Shown: one piece after another, positions 36,134 through 49,071 of the stretch
Position numbering within the stretch: position 1 is the first letter of the stretch
Layout of the letters: each line of letters opens with the position of its first letter
Assembly: GCA_046563655.1 (NCBI GenBank)
Contig: CM102285.1
Coordinates: forward strand, 5,642,001 to 5,706,000
Length of the DNA stretch: 64,000 bases
Source: Yuukianura sp. NJ FZ-2021
Lineage: Eukaryota
Direction: 5' to 3'
Position numbers and translations under genes: made by a program
Notes under the pieces: model-generated
What the model saw: only the letters and a program-made list of their open reading frames with translations
Told to the model about the DNA's origin: nothing
The model's database searches: none

Positions 36134-38088
36134 ATGAACGCCTATCGCTGGATTTTAGTCGTTTTTAATTTTTGTGCACCAGTTTTTTCAAGTTATATGG
36201 AAGTTGAAATCGACTTTTTCAAAATCGCTTCGCCAATTACAGCTTCGGCATTACAACAAGGATCAAATGCAAAAGGTCAAATTTGTTCGACATGGCTCTT
36301 TGCAAGGTCAAGGTCATTGACCCCGAATTTTCAGTATCCTGCTGAATTTGTACTGCCAGTAGTCCAGTTATCCCTCAGTCCGCCAACTTCGCAACAATTT
36401 ACACCATTTCAAAATCCAAGTTTGGAGTACACAGAAGACCGAATTTTAAATTCGTCAGTATTTGGAACACGACAGAAATGTGTCAACTGCGCAGCAGTAT
36501 TTATCCAGTTCGACGCAACGGTGAACTTTATACTTCGCGAGGTCATTGACCTCAAGTTTGGCCGTCCGAACAAAGACTTCTTTGTGTTCTTCGGAGCCGT
36601 TCCGCTTGGTCAACTCGAAACCGGAATCCGGTTTACGGAAAACCTCCAGTTGACTGAACTTCGGTTCAAATATGCTTACTCAACCGTTGACAAGCGGATT
36701 TGGAACGGTTGTGCAGTGGCGGCAAGATCCGAAAACTTGAAACTTTTTAGTAGATCCTGTCCAGCTCTGATCACAAACCGACATTTTAGTATCGTTTCAA
36801 GTAACATGAGATCGTTTCTTCACTTCGTCCGGGTCAACGGAATTGATATTCCGGCTGGTTCGGTTTACAATGTCTGGTCAACCATAGCTGTTCGATACAA
36901 CTTAACGGCTGACGTTCGTTATGCAGAATTCGGCGCTTCTGGGTCCAAACAAAACGGAGTTTGGAGAGGAGCAATTGGAGAAGTCATTTCGAGAAAGGCA
37001 GACATTGCCTTTGGATTTGCCGCTACAATTTTTCGAAATCGGGCATCCGATACTACAGTTTTTTTGAATGTAATTTCCCGCCATTTTTACATTAGAACGC
37101 CCCAGTTTCGTACCAATTGGGCATCAATATTTTGGCCCCTGAGTCCAACCTTATGGGCCATGACATTTGGGCTTATGGGTTTCGTCATTATACCGAGTTG
37201 CTTGGCTTGTACCGTTTCGGAGTTTCCGGTCGCTCCGAAGACTCGGCTTTTTTCTGAAGTTGTTGGCGCTGTTTTTCGGATTCTTGTGGATCAAGAGACA
37301 GTTGCTCTGCATTGGACCGGAAACCGTGTTCGGTTTGTGTTTATGCTGTGGACACTTTTTGCTTTAGTAATCGGAACGGCTTATGAATCTAAATTAATCA
37401 CCGTGCTAAGTTTTATCAGTCAAGAGGAGATTCCGACAACACATGAACAGCTGAGTTTGAGCAACTACAAGCTGTTTTTTCGCTACATGGGTGGTTTTGC
37501 GTACAACTTCGCCGCTACTTCACATTATCCATATCATAAACAAATTTTGAAAAGAGCGCGACTTGTGAACAGTTCGGAAGAGTGTTTATTCGCAACACTT
37601 TTCAGTTCCTCCCCAGCAGCTTGGTTGGACTACAACAACAATGCGGAGTTTGCGCTCGATGAATTCGCGACCTTGAACCCCGCAATCGAGCAGAACCCGC
37701 TCTTCTTCCAGTCCAAGGAAATCGATCATGTGGCTATGAATACTTGGGGGTTTCGTAAAGGCTCCCCTTTGTGGAGTCGTTCGATGAACTGATTTTAAGG
37801 GTCCGGGCAGGGGGACTGTATGACTCCGGAGCTAGGAGGGAACGGCACAACATTAGAGTCAAAGGGGCCAAGGCCCTTACGGAGTCAGTTAGAACTAAGC
37901 TGGAGGCGATTTTGAAGACGCTGGAAGAAGGGCCGAAGCCGTTGACGCTGGAAGCGATCAAGGGGATTGTTTACTTGCTTGCTGCTACTACTCTGGTTGG
38001 ATTGGTAGTTTTCGGAGTGGAAAAGTTCTGGGCAAGTTCCTCAAGTCACGGTCGAATCGTGTGTAACGTAAGGCGTTTATTGATCTGA
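36134..38088 (+). CDS. Divergent intronless ionotropic receptor (IR); 1-nt frameshift at ~37768
   Basis: Signal peptide; S1 NGVWRGAIGEVISRKADIAFG; PLSPTLW before M1; M3 LWTLFALVIGTAYESKLIT; S2 end FRKGSPL continues in another frame as ESFDELILRVRAGGL...PLTLEAIKG + TM. Confidence 0.85.
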
Positions 38089-38641
38089 TTCTAGTTGGGT
38101 TTAAGTGTTGCTAATAAATCAGGATTTCATCACATTACAACTAAACTCTCCTTTTGTAGAGAAAAATAATTTTTCTCTAGTAATCAGATGTTCAATAATT
38201 GTTCAAATCAGATCGCACTTTCATAATTTTTGGAATCTCCGGTAGTTAATATATGCAAATAGGGAATTGCAAATTTAGGATGAGAATGTCAGTCGCTTAC
38301 CTTATTGCGGCAGGGTGGACCTATTGCTTACGATGTTCGTGTAATTTACGAAACAAAACTGATTAACTAGGCGTCTTAATTAGGTCGTAATTAAGAACGC
38401 GTAAAAATTAGTTGCTTCAATTATTAGCAAATGTTTTGTAAAAGATTTTTTTTTGAAAAACAAACTACTAACGTCATAGTTTTTTCTTTGGTGTTTGTTT
38501 GGAACAACATTCTAGAAAAATTTGAATATCGAACTAAGCAAAATTAATTAGTAAAATTTACGTATTTGTTGCGTGTATTCTGTCTATATTTTTTAAAAAC
38601 TATTTTGTATCGGTATAACATGGTGTAACTACGTAACTTAA

Positions 38642-41583
38642 TTACGTTGCCCTATGTTGCCTTAACTCAATCGAATTAGACCTGCGTATTCTTCTTCGAT
38701 TACATTTATTTCGAATCCATGTTTCAACTTCTTTTCCTAGAAGTTTCAATTCTGTGCGAAACTTCCTGCCAAGAATGCAGTAAAGGATGAAATTTACAGC
38801 AGAATTGATGAGTATGGGGAGACATACAATTGTTGCGGAAACTTCAGGCTCAACTCCTTTCAGAATAAAGTTGAGTTCCAGTGCAGCAGCCACAGAGTTA
38901 CACAGAATAAATACGAACACTACAGTCAGCAACATTCTGGTCAACGAAGTGTCATGCGCAGTACTATGTGTGGTCGCCGTAATTCGCCGCTCTCTGGCTG
39001 CTTTGGTTACCTTATAAACGTAACATGAACAGGTACATGAACAATTTAATTTTTATCTTAGTATTGCGTTGTTCGTATATTTCGTTTGAAACGTTACCGT
39101 TCGAATGATGAGTATGTTTAGTGTGACGATGGTAAGAAAGGGAACTGTGTAGATGCATAGATACCAGAGCAGTTGCTGGTAAATGATTTGGTAGAGCGGA
39201 AATCTGTGCAACTGAGGTGGGGAACTTCTGTTCCACTCATGAGATGAAGCTTCGTAACTCCATTTTACAAATTCAAACCACCGCGGTAAATTCAACAACG
39301 TTGCAAACCCAAATACTAACAGTGTGTAACGTCGTGCTTTTCGAATAGTAAAAATTGAAGACACGAGAAGTGGCTTTGTAATTGCAACAAAGCGTTCCAC
39401 CGTAACCAAAATGGTCATATACACCGACGCTGTGTACACTACAAACGTCAATTATGTATTATTATTATTATGCATAGAAACAACACAATGCACACAATGA
39501 ACACAAATACTTCAACTCTGTTTCCGCCAAAATTTAAATCAAATTTTTACTTGTTTTGTTGATCGGGTATGCCAGGTATCCATTTAAATTTGAGCGGCGG
39601 AAATATTCTTGAAACAAATTACTGAATTCTTCTGACGAAACAAACGACGTAAGGAGGTACATTGAATCGCAGCATGCTAGTCCCAAAAGAAGAATGCTCG
39701 TGGAGCTGCGCATTGTTTTGCGCATGAGCACAACAAAGCTTAAGCAGTTACAGAGAAGTCCAATGCCACAAATGCAGTAAACAAATGTCATGTAGGTGGT
39801 GTAAATTTGTGACAACAATGCTGGAGTTATTTCTTCTTCAGAGAATCCATGTAATTTCAAATGACGTCGAATCCTGTACTCTTTTCTTAGCAAGTAGTCA
39901 TCATAGACATGGCTAAACTGGTAACCATCTCCTCCGTCGGAATAAAAAACTATTGACCGCCCTCCGTCGAAAGTGTCGGCAGGAAATGTTGCTTTTAACA
40001 CTGTTTTTATGACTGTTTTAAATTGAGCTTTGATGTTGGCTCCTGGGTCGTACATAGGCATTCTTACTACAACTGTCGGAGTTCGTTGTTTTACAAATGG
40101 CAAAACCAATTTTTGAGACAATACATCCTCCATATCCAACATAACTTGCCATAAATGACGAAAAATATTTCCAATATTGTCTGAAATTGTGTCGTCAGTT
40201 GTACACATTAGCATTGCCAAATATGTCAGATTTGACAGCGCCCTAACTGGTAAAGTTTTGACACTAACTTCGACAAACAGCAAATTCAAGGTTCTTATAG
40301 ACCTCAACCCAGGTGACCCTAGGTCAACTATAGGACACTCTTCATCCAAATACTGACAGTTGATGAACAGAGATTTCAATTTGTGATTTTTCAAAATATC
40401 GTCTAATTTGGTATTCCACAAATACGAATTGTATAGAAGAAGGTCTCGAAATTCTTTGGATAAATTGAAAAGGCCGAGGTCAATGTCACCAAACAGCACG
40501 TTAATTTCCTGTAAGTTGGTAAACTGTTGTCGCAAGTGAGGAGGAGCCGAGTTGTAGCGCAAGCTCAACGACCCTGTTTCAATATCCTCGAGTGATTCGG
40601 CGGGAAGAATTGCGATGTCAATTGCTTCAGGAACTTTGCTATAAATCCTTAAACTTTCAACGACAACGGCAGACTTTATAAGTTGTGATAATGTGCCGCC
40701 GATGAGGTCATTGTGCCGCAAGTACAAAGCTTTGACCGAGGTCAACCTCAACAACTTGACATCAATTGTGCAATAACTTACTTCGAATGTTTCGATATTT
40801 GGGATCAAGCTGTATAACAGTCTCCAACTTTCTTCATCTTTAACGTCCACGGCTTCCAACTTTGTATTGCTCAATTCCAAAGATGCTTCTTGTGGAGTAG
40901 AGAAATCGATGTAATAATAATTCAAATTCTGGAGTACTCTGATTACTCCTGTGCCTTTGCTTGAATTTGTATAAAAGAAGATTACTGACTCTAAGGTTTC
41001 TCGGACGCTCCCAACATATTGTGTATCATCGATTTGCTTGAATTCAAAATCTTCTAAATTGGGAAGGTATATGTTTTGAAAATTCTGTTCAGTTTTCCAC
41101 TCCAACTCTACATTCGTCAACTTCAACGTTGTCAAATTGGTACAATTGGTTAAAAAATTTGCAAGTGTGAATCTCTTCACATGCACAAATTCCAATTCCA
41201 CTTCTGTTAGGGTACACTGACCATCGACTGTTGACATTTTTCCCAGTCCTTCTAAATCCTCCAGAAAAGTTTTGTTTCCTTGCAGCATGATTTTATGTTC
41301 CTTTAGAATTAAACAAATTATAGTACGCTTACAGTATACATGCTGTATTGTTTTGTAATAGATAGATCTAACTTTTACAGCTACAAAATTAATAAACGAC
41401 GCGTAAATGAGAAAAGTTTGGAAATTGACGATAGTATAACTAAAATACTTTCATAATTATTTAATGAGTATATTTTTAACTTAACCTCCGCTTAGCCAAG
41501 CTTGACACACTTACAGTGATATGCCTTTCCGCTGTCACAACTGACGCAACTAAAAACACTAGCAGAATTGGAAAAATCTTCAT
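38642..41583 (-). CDS. Class A peptide GPCR (FMRFamide-receptor-like 7TM) with a ~480-aa LRR-like ectodomain
   Basis: Signal exon 41583-41515. Exon 41300-~39551 runs from LRR-like repeats directly into TM1-2 (GLLCNCLSFVVL..MRSSTSILLLGLACCD). Then ERFVAITKPL, NLPRWFE, TRMLLTVVFVFILCN, NSAVNFILYCILGRKFR. Confidence 0.85.
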
Positions 41584-42302
41584 ATTGTTCAAGTTTTCGA
41601 ATATGGTGTCACACACGAAAGTGTGTTTAATCGACGCACTTTCGCTTTATGAACAACGAACAGGAAGGCACGACTTAAATATAACCGAATTCGAATAAAA
41701 ATTAAGGTTTAGGTTAATTGATCTGTTACGTAACAAACTAAGCTGTCAATAATTAGTGACTTCTATTATTTTATAATTCACTAATTAACATTACGTCTTT
41801 TGTGTAACAAAAATAAAAGTGCTTAAAAAATCATGCCCACTTTAATCATAAAATCATTAGGAAATTTTCCGCCACAAATTTTTTTCAGGTATGACGGAAC
41901 CACAAGCCTAACACTTGTATTCTATTTACCATTAGCTTAACCTTTTTTTTTTCATGCGTCGTTTGCACAAGATACAACTTTGTTACAAATAAAGTCATGT
42001 ATTTACTTATATTATTACCATATTTATAATATATTTAAAATATTTACATTAACTTGTAAACACATTTTAGTGCAAAGTTAAAAGACAATTCGTTTTACAA
42101 TTATTTAGCTTTCCGGGTTTCTTGGGCTAAGCATTTGTTTAGTAGTAGACAAGAACATACTTTATTCCACTGGATGTTTAAGCATCCAGCAACACTGTTT
42201 GTTAGGAAGTTTGTACAAAACAGAAATCGGGCGATATGTGTCATTGATAACTTAAGATTAGGATGGACAGATTCACTTCTACGCGATTTCACATAAGACT
42301 TT

Positions 42303-42610
42303 TGGTGCATTTATTGCATGATTGGTTAGTCGCTCAAAAAACTACGACCCCACTTTTCGCATTAGCATACGCTGCTCCACATCTCGAGAGTTTGCTATCG
42401 TACCAAAACAGGACCCTTCCTCCAGAAAACATAGGTTTTCTAGAAGACGTTTTAGAAATCCTCGGATTTCTGCCTTCTTTGCTTCGTACGGCAAAACGGT
42501 TGAAGATTCGTCAAATAGCAAACTCTCGGGACGTGGAGCAGCGAATGCTAATGAGAAAAGTGTGGTCGTAATTTTTTGAGCGCCTAACCAATCATACAGG
42601 AAATGCACCA
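42303..42610. mobile_element. Palindromic MITE
   Basis: TGGTGCATTT...GAGAGTTTGCTAT (42303-42398) is inverted at 42514-42610. Confidence 0.85.
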
Positions 42611-42681
42611 CAAGATTGGGTCAGAGTTCACGAATTTCTTGTTTGCAATTTACAATTTCGTATTACGTCACTAAGAGTTGG

Positions 42682-42888
42682 GGCAACCTGAGAATTGAGG
42701 CTAAGAAATGGCTCACCCATTTCGCCATGCCTATTTAGAGAAACCGCGAATGGTTCTCAAATTTGAAATTTTACGCAGTGATTCGCGAGTTAGCATGAGT
42801 TGTATAAAATTTCAATTGTAAAGAATCCACCCGTCCGGGTTTTGCATGATTACGTAATGTGGGATTTCTCAATTCTCAGTCGTTGCCA
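42682..42888. mobile_element. Short degenerate TIR element
   Basis: GGCAACCTGAGAATTGAG ... CTCAATTCTCAGTCGTTGCC inverted ends. Confidence 0.45.
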
Positions 42889-43550
42889 TGTCTACAAAAC
42901 GTTATTTGGGGTTATTTTTATTGACCTGCTGTCTCTCCTTAAGATATGATTAATGTCTTCCCTGAACTATTTAAAATAACTGTTCATTCATAATTTGTTT
43001 AGAAGAAGGCCCATCATCAGTCATTTTCAATTGCACTTTGTAAAGCACTTTCAAAAAAAACATCGACGCATTTAATACCTTATTTAAACTGTCGTTGTGT
43101 TCAAATGTTGTAAAGTTCTTTTTTTAACAAAATAAAAGCTGGTTAGAGTTTCGTTTCTAGGGCAGCGAAACTTTTTTCCAAGTTTTTTCGCCAAAATTTT
43201 CAAAAAAAAATTTGTACTTGACCCAAAAGATTTTTTCAAATGTTGGATTTACATTATGCAGTTGCATGAATGAATTTGAGAATAACGTTTCCGAAATGGC
43301 GGTAATTCGTTTCGTTCCGATCGTACTGATAGAAGGTGAAAGTTGCTATAGAATATGCAATGTACCGCAGAATACTCATCGCAGCAATTCGCGATGAAAT
43401 ACCCAGTGAGGTTGCGTTTTCATTCAGAATTCAGAGGATTCACACTTTTAGTCAGATACGGAGTTAACTTTGGAAAATACTTGATCCTTTGGCTGTTTGA
43501 ATATAACTTGCTAATTGTGTAATAACGAGTTGGTATTTTAATTTTTTCAG

Positions 43551-46500
43551 GATAAGTTGTACGCATGAATTCAACGGAAGTACGTCAAACGTCCTCTGCG
43601 TCCCAGCATCAGTGTCGCCCAAGGAGAGGATGGGATGATCGGAAGTATTTGCGGAACCAATCAGGTTTGAAAATAATACAGAATCAAAGCAGTGTATACT
43701 TTCTTGGCTTTTAGACAGCCTGGCATTGCTCCGCTTTACAAAACTTTTTTATGGATGTTAGTCTGTAGGCTAGGATAGTTCAAATTTTGCCTGCGGGCCT
43801 AGAAGATTGAAACGACTTGGTACAGACACGTTATGGAATTTTTTATAAAGCTTTTTTTAATGTTCCCTCATCCATCCCTAAGTTAGGTTGAGTCTATTCT
43901 TGTGAAGCCCAATGGTGTAAATAGGCTTGGCTTTCTATGAATAGAGTTAAAGTTCATACCAAGGTCAAACTGGTTTTTTGCTTTTGCTTTTTTTAATTTC
44001 CATTTTTTTTTCTTTTGTTACAAGGTAGCGTCTCTTTCAGAATTGGAGGTGGACATAAATATAGAAGAGTCAGTTGCTGTAGAATTTGGACTTACAGGAG
44101 CAGACTTAGACAAATGATGTTTCTATTTCATTGGAGGAGTAGGATGGATCTCAAGCCTCAATGCAGGGCGTAGTTCAGCCGATCGCCAAAGGTAACTTAA
44201 TATTAAGTAAAAACTACCTAAAAAGCTAAGTAATCTTAAGAAATTGAAAAAGTTTTAAACTGTTCTATTTTTGCATCATTTTGTAGGTTGCTCGAGTAGT
44301 GAACGAAGTTTACAATGGATTTAGTCGAAACCAGTTTCCGTTTGTGGTGGTGAACATAACAGCAAACCAAGAAAACGTGGATGTTAACGTTACGCCTGAC
44401 AAGAGGTCGATTTTCGTCCAAAGTGAAAAAGTTCTATACGCCAAAATTAAGGTGAGTTCTATTTAGTCTAAATTTTCCCGATTAAAAACTTCACTCGAAT
44501 TTTTTTGAATTTTGAAACCAAGCAATGAATTTAAAAAATCCGATTTTTATAATCAATCCTAGGCAACAATTTTGAAAACGTTAACTGAAACAAGCTCACA
44601 GTTTTCTTCGAGTCAACAATCATCTTTAGCATTTCCAATTCTTCAAACCCAACCCAAACGCTCCTGTTCGAAAAATTCTGATAGATACTCCTGTGCAGTC
44701 ACAAGGAGTTGAATTCGTAGCAGTGGAAAATGGTTCCCAGAGTACAATTTCTATGAAAGCGACACCAACAGAACTTCATCAACACAGTCACCGAAAAGTA
44801 CCTGTAGGTTTGATCCTCAACGTTCTTCAATTCCTGCAAACTCAAAATCACAGCAGGAACCAAGGACCGTTCGGTCCTTCCTGAGTAAATTCAAGTACGG
44901 AACCTCCTCAACACCAAACAGTTCCAAATCCAACATGGAACTCAAACGGCCCTACACATCAACCAACAACAGTTCAACTACGACTTTGAGAAAATCAGCG
45001 ATCAAGCGTAAGTTTGCTTTTGTAGTTCATAGCTTACCTCGTTTTGGTTGTGACTTTTCTTTGATTGGCAGCATTCAGTTGAATTCTATGAATTTTATGA
45101 ATTGTGATTTTATTAATTTTAGAACCAAAACTTATGGATTTTATACATAACATCGAAACAGAAGCAAAATCATTTTTCCAATGAAGCACAGACTGATGAC
45201 GAAGACGAAGTTCAAATTCTAGAAAATAATGTTGGCAAGGATTTGGAAAAAGTTGAATCAAATGAGAATTGTGACTTTGCGGATCCCAAGGGTGCAATGC
45301 AAAATGGAAATGAAGATCTGGACGAAGGATACCCGGAAGAGTCAATTGGCGATGATGAGAAAGAGAACAATTCAGGTACTGCTGCGGATGATTCCGAAGG
45401 GATGCTGGAGGAGTACAGTGAAGACTACTGCGATGTGTACGATCGAGTGGAAGCTGAATCTGAGCCGCTACTGTTCATGAATATCTTCGTGAATTGGAAG
45501 TCCGTCCTTTCTAATGTCTCCAAAGTCACAACTGTGATAGACAGCTACAGCGTCCAAGAAGAAGAAAGAAACGCAAGGAAATTCCGGGCCAAGATTTCTC
45601 CCGACCAGAACTCAACTGCTGAACTGGAACTCAAGCAGTCTCTCTCAAAGGAAATGTTCAAACAGGTTTGAGTTTTACTTTTAGCATTTTTTGACATAAC
45701 TGCACACACACTTTTCAAAATTAAAAAAGGAATTATCGAAATTCACGTTTTTGTAATCGTAATTATTTGCATTGTTGCTTTTTTTTTTAAATGAAGTTGA
45801 TTGGACAATTCAACCTGGGTTTTATTGTGGCCAAACTGAATTCAGATCTGTTCATCGTCGACCAGCACGCTGCAGACGAAAAATTCCATTACGAGGATCT
45901 CGAAAAACGAACAGTTCTCAACGGACAAAGACGGATCATGTAGGAAATACCATTTGATCACTTTCCGAATAATTTTTGGTATAAAATTTTTACTATGCAA
46001 TTTTTTATGAAATAACATGTCGCACAAAAATATTTCGTCACCAATGTTCAAAAATATCTTTCGATTGTAAAATTGCAATATCTTACTCTTACTATGTAGT
46101 GTAGTAGGTTTGGTTTTGAGTTAAGATTTCATGGTACAAAATTTTTATGTTATGTACTTTTTTTAGTTCAATATTTTTTTTGTTTTTGGTTTTTCAGCCC
46201 ACTGCCGCTTCATCTTACATCGGTCGGTGAAAACATTCTGATGGAGAGTTTGGCTGATTTTGAAAAGAACGGGTTCAGTTTCAACATTAAACCAAATGGT
46301 ATGTGAATTATTTTTAGTTTTTGTTTTTCTATAAATCGATTTCTATAAATCTACTTGTTGGGGAATAATTTTTTGTTGGGTTCTTTCGTTTTTTAGGTGA
46401 ACCAACACAGCCAATTAGTCTCACTAAGATACCGTACTCAAAATCATGTGAATTTGGAACGTGAGGATTTAAAAAAATCAAACACAAATTGTAAAACTGA

Positions 46501-46704
46501 GCAGTAAACATAGTTCGTATGAGACTTGATTATTTTTTTTTTTCAGGATGCTCCTGAGAAGAGTTTCTACCGCCCAGTTATAGTTACTTTCAAGATTCTC
46601 AATTTTGTGCTCTCTTGCAGAACTGCCCGCACGGTCGACCTACCCTTCGTCATCTGTTTAATTTGAATCTTCTGCCGGATCCCGACTGGTTTGAAGCCTC
46701 CTAA
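43551..46704 (+). pseudogene. PMS2: 5'-truncated, intron-containing PMS2 (MutL homolog) pseudogene
   Basis: GRSSADRQ (~44168), VDVNVTPDKR (~44378), [25 protein letters not shown]...DQHAADEK (45800-45885), NCPHGRPTLRHL (46621). Has stops, a lost acceptor (TTTAA|ATG at 45790) and a missing ACR-motif segment; no N-terminal GHKL motifs seen. Confidence 0.88.
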
Positions 46705-47497
46705 GCATGGTTTATAATTAAGTGCTTTTGTATTTTTTTTAATACTTATGCTAACTTTATGTTTGAATCAGAGTCTCTAACGGTACAAACCATCCCCAAT
46801 TCTTCTTGGGTACTGAAAGCGTTTTGAAGTTGATCAATACTCAACTTGCCAAACAACGTGATTCAAAAACTCTATTTTTACTCAACTTTTTGGGTAATTC
46901 GTAAGACGGAAACTTATCGTCTGTACGGAATGTGATGACAAAACTTCACATGTCAACCGCTTTCAATACTTAATGGAAGACATGCGACACAACTATAAGA
47001 GCCAGTTCTACTTTTCTGAAATTTCTGAAAACGGAAAAAATTCAAAAAAAAAATTACATCGAAAAACTCCTAAATTGAAAATTGGGACATAAATAAGTAG
47101 GTTTGGTTGAAAATTTTTGTGGGTATTGAGTTTGACCTTAAGGTAACCCCCATGGGAGTGAGGGGCGGAGGAAGTTTAGAAATGATGGTACCCTTAGAAA
47201 CACGCTAAATCCACAAACGACAACCGATTTGGCAACACTCGCTGGGAAATGAAAGGGGGGGGGGGACCCTTTCGGGGGTCAGTTTTTAAGGAATTTGTGC
47301 TGCGTGACCTTTCACCCTTATACTGACCTAACCTAACCTAACCTCATTTTGAGATCTTCTAATTCAATAAGAAAATTTTAATATCAATCGTAAAAATTAT
47401 TATTGTCTAAAAGAAATACTGGTGAACAGTTTTGAGTGTAAGAATCTTCCTATTTCGACTTGTTGTAGACAGTAGTCTCATAGACGGTTTCAAGATA

Positions 47498-47911
47498 CTA
47501 CGGTTTGGTTTCTTCTCGGTCAGTAGTGTCAGCGTCTTGTGTCATTTCCTCTACTTCTTGTTCATCTTGTTTTACCTGCCATGCGCGAGGAGTCGACTTG
47601 TCGCGACAGCTCCAGAATGTCCGGGAGGCTGAAGTGGCATATTCATGCTTCAGCGTCATGAGATGCCGTTCCGTGTCGTGTGTAATCTGCATGCGTGGCA
47701 ACTCTCTCGAATCACCGCCATTCTCCATGTAAATCTGGAAGAGGTATCCGATGAGTTTCGGCACATCTTTAAAGTCAATGGCAGTGGCGCTCCTGCTTTG
47801 CCGTATATTGATCGCTTTGTCTTCCCCACGTTTGCTAAACCAGCACAATAATAGCTTGTCGTTCACTGGTCGAGGTCTAGTTTGCCGGCTGATGGATTTC
47901 CTTGAAGGCAT
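47498..47911 (-). CDS. Unknown protein, paralog A of a local triplet
   Basis: Open ORF from ATG 47911; motif AIDFKDVPKLIGYLFQIYMENGGDSRELPRMQITH is shared with two neighbours. Confidence 0.6.
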   Translation of the reverse strand: MPSRKSISRQTRPRPVNDKLLLCWFSKRGEDKAINIRQSRSATAIDFKDVPKLIGYLFQIYMENGGDSRELPRMQITHDTERHLMTLKHEYATSASRTFWSCRDKSTPRAWQVKQDEQEVEEMTQDADTTDREETKP

Positions 47912-48309
47912 TGTTGTTTGAAACTGAACGGTGAATTCGAAAAAAGTATTAAGCAGAGTGTGGATGTTGATTCGTGGGTTTCCAACTGCAGACTGCACGA
48001 GGGGACCGCTGATGCTTCTGAACAACTAACTATGAAATGGACCCCAACGAATTGAACTCATACGCCACGCTCCACCCCAAACTGACAGACTGCTTTCTCT
48101 TCACATTGTTTTTTTTTTGATAGCGTTTATTTTTTTTTCATCAAATTTCATCAAAGAAGACAGAATGAGACAGCAAGGAAAGAGAAAGTTGCTATTGTTT
48201 CATACAGTGTGTATTGCTAGACAATTTTACAAATACAATACTAAACGCACTACTAGAAAATTGTATTGTTTTTCTAACATGTAAAGTTGAAATGTTGAGA
48301 CAGTTGTAT

Positions 48310-48903
48310 CTACTGTCTTATGACTCCATCAACGTCCAAGACTACTCGGTCAGTGTCAATTTGGGTTGTCTTGAAGTCACTGTGTTTTGCGCGAAACCAT
48401 CTTGTTCCTTCTGGACCGTAGTTCTTGTTCTCCACCTCCTTGTATTCCGCCATCGAACCCTTCCAATCCGTAAAGCGCGTATGGTTACCGACTCGGACTT
48501 GAAGCTTTGCAATGTTCTTTTTGTGAGTGAGTTCAATTTCCGGCAAGTCACTGACTGTTCCACCGTGTTCGAGAAACAGTTCAAAGAGGATGCCGATGAG
48601 TCCCGGGATCATCTCAAAGTCCATGGCGACGGATGCACCCCAGTGTTCGATGCGTAGTGTTTTTGGGCAGTCTGGACACACCTCTGTGACGGAACAAGTC
48701 GCAACTACTGGATTCTCGCCCTTCGCTTTACGTACGCGTGGCCATGGCCTGCAGTCCTCTGGCAATTCTCCGTGGGAATAGCAACTTTGCTTTGGTGCAC
48801 TTGCACTAGTTGGCTCCGTGGTCTCCATTTCTTTGAAGTTACAGAAAGTTTCTTTTAGACTTGATTCGGGGATTTTGAGAATACGGCTGACATCGAGAGA
48901 CAA
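48310..48903 (-). CDS. Unknown protein, paralog B
   Basis: Motif AMDFEMIPGLIGILFELFLEHGGTVSDLPEIELTH; first ATG at ~48828. Confidence 0.6.
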   Translation of the reverse strand: MSLDVSRILKIPESSLKETFCNFKEMETTEPTSASAPKQSCYSHGELPEDCRPWPRVRKAKGENPVVATCSVTEVCPDCPKTLRIEHWGASVAMDFEMIPGLIGILFELFLEHGGTVSDLPEIELTHKKNIAKLQVRVGNHTRFTDWKGSMAEYKEVENKNYGPEGTRWFRAKHSDFKTTQIDTDRVVLDVDGVIRQ

Positions 48904-49071
48904 GAGTCCACGGAATTTTATTTCCTTTGGGTTTCTATCTGTGCGAATGAGTCACGGTGGGGGGATACCAATTGGTTTCAGTGAGTCGAAAAACAAAAGG
49001 ATAGATTGGTGAGGAGGGGAGAGTGTCACTTGTTGTGTATGTTCAGTTTTGAAAAGTAGAATCTCTCTTTT

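Noticed and set aside
47327..47343. (CCTAA)3 arthropod telomere-type repeat
   Set aside because: Only three units and interstitial; such motifs recur inside the MITEs here, so this is not evidence of a telomere or chromosome fusion
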